Positions 38,066-46,504 of a stretch of DNA of 64,000 nt are shown here, in pieces. The first letter of the stretch is position 1; each line of letters begins with the position of its first letter. The notes beneath the pieces were generated by a model. That model was not told the origin of the DNA, did not search any database, and saw only the letters and a list, made by a program, of their open reading frames with translations. The position numbers and the translations under genes were made by a program. Origin of the DNA: a virus; the IMG/VR virus record IMGVR_UViG_3300045007_000107, positions 1-64,000 of that record. One strand, written 5' to 3'.

Positions 38066-38260
38066 ATGTCGAGGATCAATGGAGTAGGTAGAAGTCGTGG
38101 ATATCACCCGATAGAAGGAGGTGGGTTTGTCTACGTCCATATGTACAAAAAGCAATGGTGGTGGAGGGCTACTGACGAGAACAAGACCCCCGTGGGGCAG
38201 CGTATGGGACCGTTCACTGATAGTGACGCCGCCGCTGCCGACGCCAATAGGAACGTGTAA
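38066..38260 (+). CDS. small hypothetical protein
   Basis: RBS AAGGAG; WWW..GPF....A. Confidence 0.65.
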   Translation: MSRINGVGRSRGYHPIEGGGFVYVHMYKKQWWWRATDENKTPVGQRMGPFTDSDAAAADANRNV

Positions 38261-38331
38261 TACACGCTTGCATCCGTCTGCACGATCCGGTACGTATTAC
38301 ATCGGGTCGTGCGGACCCACGGAGATATGTT

Positions 38332-38499
38332 ATGTTCAAAGTACAGACGAAAGAGTATTCGCTCGGGCGGCGTTGGCAGGACCTTAAGTCCTTTCACCGC
38401 AATCGCTTCGTGACCGAAGAAGATGCATGGGCCTACGTCGAGAGCCTGGATCAGGACGGTGTTCGTGACACGGGGAATTTTCGGGTAGTGCCCGCGTAA
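38332..38499 (+). CDS. early small protein (55 aa, below ORF-track cutoff)
   Basis: Promoter, GUGCG hairpin, CGGAG, MFKVQTKEY...VVPA. Confidence 0.7.
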   Translation: MFKVQTKEYSLGRRWQDLKSFHRNRFVTEEDAWAYVESLDQDGVRDTGNFRVVPA

Positions 38500-38567
38500 C
38501 CCCTTGCAGCCATCTGCACGCTCGCGTATTACAGCTACGGGGCGTGCGGCCCCACGGAGCAAAGACC

Positions 38568-38876
38568 ATGCGTCTCGCGATTGGTGAAAAGATCATTAAG
38601 TCCTCGCGACCCAACCGCCACTTCGTGGCCCTGATCGAGGGCGGCGAGGGGGACAACCGTTACTACTACGTGCATACGAGTATGGCGGTCGTCCATGACG
38701 AGCCCATGGAGGACGACTACGACTGCGAGGATATCGTGGAGGCCGCCCGCGTTTACGAGCGCGAGGTCAAGGACCTGTCCAGTACTGGCAACCCACAGGC
38801 CCAGGCTGAATATGACGATGCACATGGTACCGTCAACGGTTACGCGCCGTGGCAGTACTCGGCCAGCGAATACTGA
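38568..38876 (+). CDS. early acidic protein
   Basis: Promoter, GUGCG hairpin, CGGAG. Confidence 0.8.
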   Translation: MRLAIGEKIIKSSRPNRHFVALIEGGEGDNRYYYVHTSMAVVHDEPMEDDYDCEDIVEAARVYEREVKDLSSTGNPQAQAEYDDAHGTVNGYAPWQYSASEY

Positions 38877-38892
38877 GGGGGAGTGTAATACA

Positions 38893-39168
38893 ATGTCTGG
38901 CAAGCCTTCCGCTCTCGGCTATAAGTTCCTGCGCGAGAACTTCCCCGAGTTCCCCCGCAGCCACTACGCTCGTACGCGGGCGTTCACTGGTAAGGACAAT
39001 GGCCCGATCCCCAAGGATCAGCAGGGTGTGACCACCATGGGCGGGATCATCGTCCGCCTGTTCAAGGCTGATGGAGGCCGGCATCGCATCCACGCCGAGT
39101 GCCCCAAGTGCAGGAAGGACATCCCTGCGGGCCGTCTTCACCAGCATGTAGGGGTGTGCGAAGGCTAA
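38893..39168 (+). CDS. small zinc-finger protein
   Basis: CPKC...H.H..C; RBS GGGGAG. Confidence 0.75.
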   Translation: MSGKPSALGYKFLRENFPEFPRSHYARTRAFTGKDNGPIPKDQQGVTTMGGIIVRLFKADGGRHRIHAECPKCRKDIPAGRLHQHVGVCEG

Positions 39169-39242
39169 CCCTTGCAGCCGTCTGCACACGTGCTACCTTA
39201 GCCCCTGCCCCGTGCGGGGTTTCTTTTTGCGGAGCTACTGTT

Positions 39243-39566
39243 ATGACCCTTAAGGCTTACACCCACCTCTTCACTGATGGTCCGCAGCTTCCTTCTCTCC
39301 GCATCCCTATCCAGGATGAGATGGGCACCGCTTTCTTGGATGTCTGTGGTATCTCACTCTCGGACGCGGCGGATCAAATGGAGGATGGTACGACCATTCA
39401 ACACGCTATTGATATCGAGGATGGCACGGCCTCGGATACGTACGACGATCCGGCCTCGCTCGTGCGAGACATAGTAGGTAGGTCTTTCTCTAACCAAGCG
39501 GCGGGCGTCGTACTTAGCCGTGATGATCAGACGTACCTGCTCACGGTATACTATCTCGTCCCCTGA
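39243..39566 (+). CDS. early acidic protein
   Basis: Promoter, hairpin, CGGAG; terminator follows. Confidence 0.75.
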   Translation: MTLKAYTHLFTDGPQLPSLRIPIQDEMGTAFLDVCGISLSDAADQMEDGTTIQHAIDIEDGTASDTYDDPASLVRDIVGRSFSNQAAGVVLSRDDQTYLLTVYYLVP

Positions 39567-39571
39567 TGATT

Positions 39572-39595
39572 AGGCCCTTCGGGGCCTTTTCTTTT
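39572..39595 (+). terminator. intrinsic terminator
   Basis: AGGCCC-TTCG-GGGCCT-TTTCTTTT. Confidence 0.9.
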
Positions 39596-39763
39596 GTCTA
39601 AATAGTAAATGACTATGTGATGAATGTAGTAGGAGGAGTTGTTCGAACAGTAAATGGCTATGTGCGCGCGTGGAGTAGGGGAAGAAGGAATAGTAATAGT
39701 AAAAGTGTATGTGCAAGTCAAAGATGGTGGAGAAGGATAAGAAGTAGATCCAGTTGTTGTTCA

Positions 39764-40012
39764 GGAGTAACATGTTGTAAGACAGTCACGTGTAGTCGAG
39801 GAGTAACATGTAGTATGGCTGTCACATGTAGTATTGGAGTAACATGTTGTCGCCGAGTACCACTGTTGTCGTGGAGTAACGTTGTTCCCGTGTCACATGT
39901 GGCTCAGGAGTAACGTGTTGTAATACGAGTACATGTTGTAGGGAAAGTACACCGAGGTGGTGGAGTAACATGTGGCCGAGGAGTAACGTGTTGCGCCCGA
40001 GACACTAGGTGG
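39764..40012. repeat. degenerate ~18-bp tandem repeat array (~14 units, consensus GGAGTAACATGTTGTnnn)
   Basis: GGAGTAAC at 39764, 39800, 39836, 39873, 39907, 39962, 39980 with degenerate units in between. Confidence 0.9.
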
Positions 40013-40328
40013 AGCGGCAGTTCCCCCGGCGTCACCTCCCCGTCCTGCGGGCGAGCGTTGCCACTCCGCCCCGGCGTCGTCTCGGCCGCGCCCTAGCGCG
40101 CCACTCGGTTAAGCCGTTATGCCTCGGTCCCTCTCCTGCTCCGGTCCTTACGTATTACAGCCCCTTGCAGCCGGCTGCAAGCGGAAAAACGCGTCAACCC
40201 CTAAAAATCGTACGCCCCTCGTTTCGCCTCATCCGTTGCCGTATTACATCTTGCCTTCGCCTGCGGCGTTAACTACTCGTTTACTTGCGACTGCTACAAC
40301 TCTACTTGCCTACAACGGAGCTTTACCA

Positions 40329-40670
40329 ATGCGCGTCCATCCTACCGCCGATCTCGCCCAGCTTATCGGTCCCGCCCCCTTCGATATCGAGCCGACCGCT
40401 CCCGCCTTCGCCGATTTCACCCCGGCCCCTAGCGCGCCCGCGCGTATCTATACCGGCATCGTCGCCGATGCGCCGGTCTACAGCGGTATTACAGCCCCGT
40501 ACACGGCAACCACGGGCCGCGCGGCCCTAGCCTTCATCCTCGCCTTTGCGGGCCTCCTCGCCTTCGCTGCAATCGTCTTTGCGGCCTTCGCCTCGACCGA
40601 TCCGACCCCGGTCAAGCGCGCCGACCGTCTCCCTCAGCATCACACTTTTTTCGCCCTCACCCAAAAATAA
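40329..40670 (+). CDS. membrane-anchored Ala/Pro-rich protein
   Basis: RBS CGGAG; one TM helix. Confidence 0.7.
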   Translation: MRVHPTADLAQLIGPAPFDIEPTAPAFADFTPAPSAPARIYTGIVADAPVYSGITAPYTATTGRAALAFILAFAGLLAFAAIVFAAFASTDPTPVKRADRLPQHHTFFALTQK

Positions 40671-40750
40671 CCCCTTGCAGCCATCTGCAAGCCGTGCAAT
40701 AACCCTCTTACCGGCAGCGGTGCCGGACTAACCCATACGGAGCTTTACCA

Positions 40751-41296
40751 ATGCGCGCCATCTCCCTCGCCTCGACCGTCGCCTTCTCCGCCCCGGACCT
40801 GCTCTCCGGCACCACGGCCCCGGCCCCGGCTGCCACAGCCCCGGCCACCCCGGCCCCGACCGACGCGAAGCCTGCCAAGCCTGCCAAGCCCCGCAAGCCG
40901 GTCGCAGCTAAGCCGACCACGGAAGCCAAGCCTGCTCCGGTCGCCAAGCCCGCCCCGGCCGCCGACGCGGAACCCGCCGTCCGCGTCATCGGGACCGCCC
41001 GGACCGCCGCCACCATTGCCAACGGCGCGGCCTCGTTCGGCGGGGTCCTCTCGGATCGGGATCAAGCCTACCTCGCTTTCTTCGCGTCCTTCGCGGGCGC
41101 CAAGCGGGACAAGCGGGTTACCGTCTCCGATATCGCGAACTCGGGTCGCCGCCCCGCCTACAACGGCAGCAACAAGCCGCACGATGCGGGCGTCGTCACC
41201 CGTCTAGCGAAAGCCGGTATCCTCACGGTCGAAGCGGACGGCGCGGCCTTCACGTTCACGAAGCGGGGTCGCGAAACCAAGCTCATCGGGGCCTAA
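40751..41296 (+). CDS. Ala/Lys/Pro-tailed protein with winged-helix-like C-terminus
   Basis: PAKPAK tail; VVTRLAKAGIL...FTFTKRG. Confidence 0.75.
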   Translation: MRAISLASTVAFSAPDLLSGTTAPAPAATAPATPAPTDAKPAKPAKPRKPVAAKPTTEAKPAPVAKPAPAADAEPAVRVIGTARTAATIANGAASFGGVLSDRDQAYLAFFASFAGAKRDKRVTVSDIANSGRRPAYNGSNKPHDAGVVTRLAKAGILTVEADGAAFTFTKRGRETKLIGA

Positions 41297-41646
41297 TCCA
41301 ACGGGGGGGCCACGCGCCCCCCAACTTTCCCCTCCCTGCGACATATCTGCCACTGCGACCTCGGAGCAACACTCCGGGGTTTTTCGCGTTTGCTGTAAAA
41401 CGGCAACACTGCACACACCCCCTCCCTATCTCTAGGTGGACGAAAATTTCTACCAAATGGTGGGAGACTTTCGTTCGTGTTCCTGAACCCCGTGACCTCT
41501 CGTCGTAAAATTTTTCCGGTAAAATGAGGAACACTGAAAGAAACACTCTTGTAATACGTCGGTATTACACTGGAAGACAGGCACAATTTATTTGCGGGCA
41601 CTGGTAATCGCGGCTACCCTACACTTCCACGGAGCATCGACTATTC

Positions 41647-41802
41647 ATGTATTACATCATCCTGCTTGTTACCGGTTTCTTCGCCGGGATCAACCTGTCT
41701 CGCACCTACATAGATGCACGAACTAGAGACCACGACGCGTTCGAGGCAGACATGCGGAACTTCCTGCTCTGCGTGCTCATCCTCACTGTCCTCGCTAAGT
41801 AA
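41647..41802 (+). CDS. small membrane protein
   Basis: RBS CGGAG; two hydrophobic stretches. Confidence 0.55.
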   Translation: MYYIILLVTGFFAGINLSRTYIDARTRDHDAFEADMRNFLLCVLILTVLAK

Positions 41803-41814
41803 GCGGATACTCTT

Positions 41815-42225
41815 ATGCAAGTCGGTCCCTACCTTCGCGTCATCCCTCGCGATCTCTTCAATGAGGCTAATCTGCTCAAGTGCCTTGGGCTTCTCACCCT
41901 GGCCCTAGAACAGCATCAGGGTCATTGGGCGAGCTTTGCGATCCAAGACGACAGCGTCTCGCACTTCGAGATCGGGCAAGACCCGTCTGACGGATCGATC
42001 GAGGTTACGAACATGCCGTTCATGATCGGCGGGTTTCGCTATCGCCTGTATCGGCCACTCAACTCGCGGATGGACTTCCCTCTCTACTGTCTGCGGATGG
42101 GCGACATGCATTCTGATCAGCATGACTGTCTTACAGATCCCGTCCATGTCTTCAATCGCGAGGGCAAGCTCAGTCGAGCCATGAAGGGTTTGCTCGGACT
42201 TCCTCAGAGGGAGAACGAGCGATGA
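41815..42225 (+). CDS. hypothetical phage protein
   Basis: YLRVIPRDLFNEANLLKCLG...PLNSR..FPLY. Confidence 0.8.
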   Translation: MQVGPYLRVIPRDLFNEANLLKCLGLLTLALEQHQGHWASFAIQDDSVSHFEIGQDPSDGSIEVTNMPFMIGGFRYRLYRPLNSRMDFPLYCLRMGDMHSDQHDCLTDPVHVFNREGKLSRAMKGLLGLPQRENER

Positions 42226-42593
42226 GTACACGCAAAGGGATCCGACACGTCGGTATCAAGCGCATCCTCGAAAGGCTCGCTGGACGGTACCGGGGGTTCA
42301 TGAGCGAGCAAGAGTGCCAGATCCAGGCAAAGTGTGAGCTTGGCTCGATGCTCATGCAGGCCAGGGAAGCGGGAGCCAAGATCGAGGACATCTCCCGCAT
42401 CCTTGGTCACACCAATACCGCTACCACTCGGATGCTGATCCACAAGGCGTACGAGCGGCAGGGCCGGATCGAACCGGTTCAACGCTACTGTGATCCTCTC
42501 AACGAGTACGAACTGAACGAGCTTGCAGACGGCTGCAATCGTTCTCTCGACATGATAAGATTGTCGGAGGCTCAGGGTTATCACGGGGCCTAG
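42222..42593 (+). CDS. HTH-like protein
   Basis: GAKIEDISRILG..TATTRMLI. Confidence 0.6.
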   Translation: MSTRKGIRHVGIKRILERLAGRYRGFMSEQECQIQAKCELGSMLMQAREAGAKIEDISRILGHTNTATTRMLIHKAYERQGRIEPVQRYCDPLNEYELNELADGCNRSLDMIRLSEAQGYHGA

Positions 42594-42647
42594 TTCGGCA
42601 CATGTAATAAAAAATTCGCGCGGCCTGTGGCAGAGAGGACGAAGCAC

Positions 42648-42845
42648 ATGGATAAATATGATCGCGCGTTGGCGGTTTTTCTACTGCTCGTTGGTGCGGG
42701 GAATGCGGCAGTCTTGATCCGCCTTTACCATCTCGGCATTCCGGTAAACACGACCAAGGTCGCCATCCACCTGTTCTTCGTCGGTATGTCGGTCTGTGCC
42801 CTCGTCGCGCTGTGGCTGGATCGCGACTTGCGGGGTGACCGGTGA
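42648..42845 (+). CDS. small 2-TM membrane protein
   Basis: Two hydrophobic helices; RBS GAGGA. Confidence 0.7.
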   Translation: MDKYDRALAVFLLLVGAGNAAVLIRLYHLGIPVNTTKVAIHLFFVGMSVCALVALWLDRDLRGDR

Positions 42846-43048
42846 TGAACTGGCGGATGTTTGCCTTTTACTTCGGTGCGCGCTTTGGGGCAATTGGTTA
42901 CGGCTGGTTGCTCGCGTACGCGCTCGCTCAGGGCGGGGCGCTCAAGGCGTCGGTCTTGTTCGGTACCCTCATGGGGCTCATGCTCGCCTTCTTTATTTGG
43001 GGCGTGTGGGAGTACCGGCGTAGTCTGCGGGAAGAGGACGACGAATGA
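42842..43048 (+). CDS. small 2-TM membrane protein
   Basis: Two hydrophobic helices; coupled. Confidence 0.7.
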   Translation: MMNWRMFAFYFGARFGAIGYGWLLAYALAQGGALKASVLFGTLMGLMLAFFIWGVWEYRRSLREEDDE

Positions 43049-43224
43049 TGATTTGGGCTTGGATCTTAATGCTTGCAGCCGGCTGCACGGCGATCAGTAA
43101 CCTCGTGGCCTCCGGCGGCTACAGCGTCGATAGGGACGATAGGCCACTGAGCGGGTTCTTATTCTGGAACGGGATCTTGCTGGGCTTTATCACGATCCTG
43201 CTCGTTGTTATTATCGTTAAGTGA
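43045..43224 (+). CDS. small 2-TM membrane protein (not in ORF track)
   Basis: MMIWAWILMLAAGC...LLVVIIVK; ATGA overlap. Confidence 0.65.
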   Translation: MMIWAWILMLAAGCTAISNLVASGGYSVDRDDRPLSGFLFWNGILLGFITILLVVIIVK

Positions 43225-43230
43225 GGCGCT

Positions 43231-43401
43231 ATGTCGGATCTCGCAACAATCGGTTATCTGCTAAGTCACCTGGGATGCCTGCTCGTTGGTCTCGGTGCCG
43301 GTGACTACGCTGTCACGTCACAGGGTGACCGCGCCCTACCCGCCTTTCTCGTCGGGGCTGCGTCCCTCTTGCTAGGGTGCTACCTCTTCGGGTGGCACTG
43401 A
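43231..43401 (+). CDS. small 2-TM membrane protein (not in ORF track)
   Basis: MSDLATIGYLL...CYLFGWH; RBS GAGG. Confidence 0.65.
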   Translation: MSDLATIGYLLSHLGCLLVGLGAGDYAVTSQGDRALPAFLVGAASLLLGCYLFGWH

Positions 43402-43634
43402 TGCCGATATTTCCCGAAGACATTCAACAGCTTAGTTACCAAGTAGAGTACGGGTTAACCGTAGCAGCGATCCTCGGTAACTCTGCCCTTATCCTGTTCA
43501 TCTTGGGCGGGGTAAGTGACCTGTACCGTGTCAAAATAGGGGGCTGGTCGATGCGGTACACACTGGTGGGCATACTGCTGGTTTGGGTGGTTCTCGGGAT
43601 CATCGGCTGGCTGGTTCTGACCAATCAACTGTAG
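43401..43634 (+). CDS. small 2-TM membrane protein
   Basis: Coupled TGATG; two hydrophobic helices. Confidence 0.7.
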   Translation: MPIFPEDIQQLSYQVEYGLTVAAILGNSALILFILGGVSDLYRVKIGGWSMRYTLVGILLVWVVLGIIGWLVLTNQL

Positions 43635-43696
43635 TCAAAAGAAACGCAATAGGGTATAATCCTTCGTCGGAAATACCCCCTAATGAGGTAATACGT

Positions 43697-44365
43697 ATGT
43701 CTAAGGTGATCGTTCGTGCTAAATATGCTGAGGCAAAGACGCTCGGAGAGCTGTACGAACTGCTCGGAATGTTGATTACCGATGACGTAATGGGGACTAT
43801 GCCTGTCCGTTTGGCTGGCGATGACGAGAATAATAAGGGCGTCAAGGTCTCGATTTTGTTCACGGACGAGGACGCGGAAGGGCAAACTATCGCCCCGGCA
43901 GTGACGCTTTCAGACGTTTACATTGATCCCGAAGACATTTTAGCGCCCGCATTTGTTGACGTGGGAGGGCTAAAACCCTTCGAAAAGACCATCGAAGATG
44001 CCATGCTGCGGGTTATCGAGAGGCAAATGCGGCCCGGTGGTCTGCTCAATGACTTCTTCGCCAAGCGCGTGACCATCGAGGTTCTGCCCGAGTTCATCGA
44101 GGCCGAGAACTTCGGCGATGGCGGTAAGCCGTACGAGGCCGAGGCACGCTACCCGACCCACGCGCAAGTACAGGGCTCGGGCGAGTACCAGGGGGCTATC
44201 GTCCCTGGCGAATTCACCATTCCCGCAGGCGCCGGTCCTGGCGCGCGTGTTCGGGTAGGGACGACGCCCCTCGGCGAGAGCTACATCGAGTTCTGCGACG
44301 GCAGCGGCAATGGCCTGTCGAAGCATGTGCTCAACACCTATGTGGTGCCACGCGCCAAGGACTAA
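43697..44365 (+). CDS. hypothetical protein
   Basis: TATAAT upstream, RBS GAGGT. Confidence 0.75.
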   Translation: MSKVIVRAKYAEAKTLGELYELLGMLITDDVMGTMPVRLAGDDENNKGVKVSILFTDEDAEGQTIAPAVTLSDVYIDPEDILAPAFVDVGGLKPFEKTIEDAMLRVIERQMRPGGLLNDFFAKRVTIEVLPEFIEAENFGDGGKPYEAEARYPTHAQVQGSGEYQGAIVPGEFTIPAGAGPGARVRVGTTPLGESYIEFCDGSGNGLSKHVLNTYVVPRAKD

Positions 44366-44423
44366 GCGTGCAGCCGTCTGCAAGGGAGTCTCGTGCTCCC
44401 TTTTTCTATGGGATCGATCATCT

Positions 44424-44807
44424 ATGTCCTGTATTGTCTATCGCTGGACGCGCGAGCGTAACGAGGAACTAGCGGCGCTGTACGCAAAAGCCGACACCGT
44501 ACACGAAGTCGTTGAGCGGCTTAAGGAATTGCATCCCGGTGAGCGGTTCAACTACGGCCTTGTTCGCAAACAGGCCAACCTCATAGGGTCACGACTTGAG
44601 CGGCGCTACAAGACGCGGAATAAAGAGGAGCGGGGTGTGCATATCAGGATACCTCACGACTCTTACGCCCGTATCAAAGACGAGGCAAAGCGCAGGAGGT
44701 TGAGCATAAGCAATCTGGTAACGACCATCTTGCAGAACGTTGAGCGCGACAGCTTATTCAACGCTGTCCTAGAAGAGGAAGCCGACCATGGACATGCAGA
44801 AGCCTGA
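44424..44807 (+). CDS. GcrA-like HTH + ribbon-helix-helix protein
   Basis: WTRERNEELAALY; VHIRIP..Y.RIK.EA.RR.LSISNLV. Confidence 0.55.
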   Translation: MSCIVYRWTRERNEELAALYAKADTVHEVVERLKELHPGERFNYGLVRKQANLIGSRLERRYKTRNKEERGVHIRIPHDSYARIKDEAKRRRLSISNLVTTILQNVERDSLFNAVLEEEADHGHAEA

Positions 44808-45063
44808 GACCGAACTAGGCGACCCGAAAAACCCCGATGGGTTCTGTCCTCACTGCGGATCGCCCGTGTACACACGCGTGACCCCCGAGAACCAAGCGTT
44901 CGAGTTCGCGGATAAGATGCACGACGAGCACAGTCTCGTGGTACCGGACGAGGTGATCCTCCGGCCCGAAACCATGTATGACTGTTGCGACGGCTGCATG
45001 GACGACCTGATCAAGGAACGCCTGCCGCAGTATCGGCAGAGGTGGCCGGCGAACCAAGACTGA
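44788..45063 (+). CDS. small zinc-binding protein
   Basis: CPHC...CDGC. Confidence 0.65.
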   Translation: MDMQKPETELGDPKNPDGFCPHCGSPVYTRVTPENQAFEFADKMHDEHSLVVPDEVILRPETMYDCCDGCMDDLIKERLPQYRQRWPANQD

Positions 45064-45132
45064 CGGAACGAGCGTGCAACCCTGGGGGCGGGGCGCTACA
45101 CTCTCCCCGTCATCCTGCTAACGGAGCAGCCT

Positions 45133-45414
45133 ATGTTCAGCCTTAGAGATCCGCTCGTGCGGCGGCGTATCTTCATCTGCGCGTTCACCACGACAGACAC
45201 CGTGGATGGGTCCATGCTTCACTTAAAAACTGTTCGGGCCGACAACCCGGCACAGGCCACCGGCATCATCATGTCGTGGGTGTGGAGCCACAACGGCCAC
45301 CACAACATGTTTCGCCTAATCGAGTGGCGGGAACAGTCGAACATGTCCATCGATCAGAACGCGTATTACGGTGATCCCGCAATCGTGGAGCCGAAAAGTG
45401 CCGAAGCAAATTAG
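45133..45414 (+). CDS. hypothetical protein
   Basis: RBS CGGAG. Confidence 0.7.
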   Translation: MFSLRDPLVRRRIFICAFTTTDTVDGSMLHLKTVRADNPAQATGIIMSWVWSHNGHHNMFRLIEWREQSNMSIDQNAYYGDPAIVEPKSAEAN

Positions 45415-46504
45415 GACCAAGTGGCACGACTTTCTGGACTGTTACCGCAAGGGGCAGATCCAGCTAAATATCGGCGGCGGCAAGTTCCGCTCCCCCTCCC
45501 GGTTCAAGAACTGGAACCAGAGTCCGCTCGACACCGTTCTTGCCGAGATCACCCTGCATCCCGAGGTGGTTCAGCACTTCGTCTTCGAGGATGATGCGCG
45601 CCCGTTCATCGTCTCGAAGCAAGCGATTGACACCATCGAGGTGCTCAAGCGGTTCAACAAATACCGTCTGCCGGCACCGATCTGTCTGGCCGAATTCCAG
45701 ACAACCGATAGGTTCATGCGGGCGTTTGTTCTCTGCTACGAGAACGACTACGTGTCGAAGCATCGGCCACTTCAACCAGCGAGGTCGCAGTACCCGTTCA
45801 GTGTTGTATGCTTTGGGCTGTTAGACATCGCGGCGGCCTACGAAAAATCCAGCCTCAAGGAAAAGCTGGCGGACGATGGCACGCCGATGCGCCCGATTTA
45901 CGACCAGTGTGCAGTGATCTACCCCGTACGCGCGCACATGGAGAATGTGCCCGGTACCTACGAGTTCGATGACGCGCTCGACCGCTTCGGCAATGCCGAC
46001 GAGATCACCTACGAGAAGCGGGAGATTGGCGGGGTCACGTACTCGATGGAACCGGTGCCCTGGATCGACATGAGCCGTGCCGAGTACGAGCGCGAAGAGG
46101 TCAACATCAACCACGTACACGGCACCTTCGTGAGCATTGGCGGATACGCGATCCGCGCGCTGACCGTCATGCTCAACACCAAGGGTATCGGGCGCGAGCG
46201 GATCGCGGATGCAGACATCTGCAAGCTCAACAAGCGGCGCAATGCCAAGCGCATCCCGACAATCCCGGCCCATGTCTACATCCATATCGCCTCGTACACG
46301 AACAGGAAGGGGGCACAGGTCCTGGTGGGGGATCGAGGGAAGACCGGGCGCAAGCAACGGTTCCACATGCGCAGCGCGCACGTCAAGCAACAGCCCTATG
46401 GGCCGGGCAAGTCGTTGCGCAAGGAAATCATGGTCGATAGCTATCTCGTCAACGAGGACGAGGGCGGCGATCTCTACAACCCCGTAAGAGTGGTGACAGC
46501 CTGA
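45398..46504 (+). CDS. hypothetical phage protein
   Basis: Long ORF; C-terminal HMRSAH..Q.YGPG.SLRK basic motif. Confidence 0.8.
   Translation: MPKQIRTKWHDFLDCYRKGQIQLNIGGGKFRSPSRFKNWNQSPLDTVLAEITLHPEVVQHFVFEDDARPFIVSKQAIDTIEVLKRFNKYRLPAPICLAEFQTTDRFMRAFVLCYENDYVSKHRPLQPARSQYPFSVVCFGLLDIAAAYEKSSLKEKLADDGTPMRPIYDQCAVIYPVRAHMENVPGTYEFDDALDRFGNADEITYEKREIGGVTYSMEPVPWIDMSRAEYEREEVNINHVHGTFVSIGGYAIRALTVMLNTKGIGRERIADADICKLNKRRNAKRIPTIPAHVYIHIASYTNRKGAQVLVGDRGKTGRKQRFHMRSAHVKQQPYGPGKSLRKEIMVDSYLVNEDEGGDLYNPVRVVTA

Larger units (their letters stand above)
22092..39220 (+). promoter_or_regulatory. nine 5'-leader hairpins with invariant C-GTGCG-G loop before a GGAG RBS
   Basis: Stems start at 22092, 25195, 26012, 28287, 29079, 29682, 38304, 38539, 39207; stems differ in sequence but keep pairing. 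Confidence 0.85.
36278..41656. repeat. cluster of 20 TGTAATAC/GTATTACA octamers
   Basis: GTAWTAC core at 36278,36485,36851,36913,36924,37132,37331,37575,37593,38257,38294,38526,38885,39920,40152,40241,40486,41551,41562,41649. Confidence 0.85.

Noticed and set aside
39617-39913. Cys-rich GVTC-repeat protein
   Set aside because: Translation of the 18-bp array; frame shifts within the array and repeats continue past the stop
39764-40012. CRISPR or mini-array
   Set aside because: Units are contiguous degenerate 18-mers without unique spacers; the only Cas-like gene is a solo Cas4-like nuclease in the recombination module
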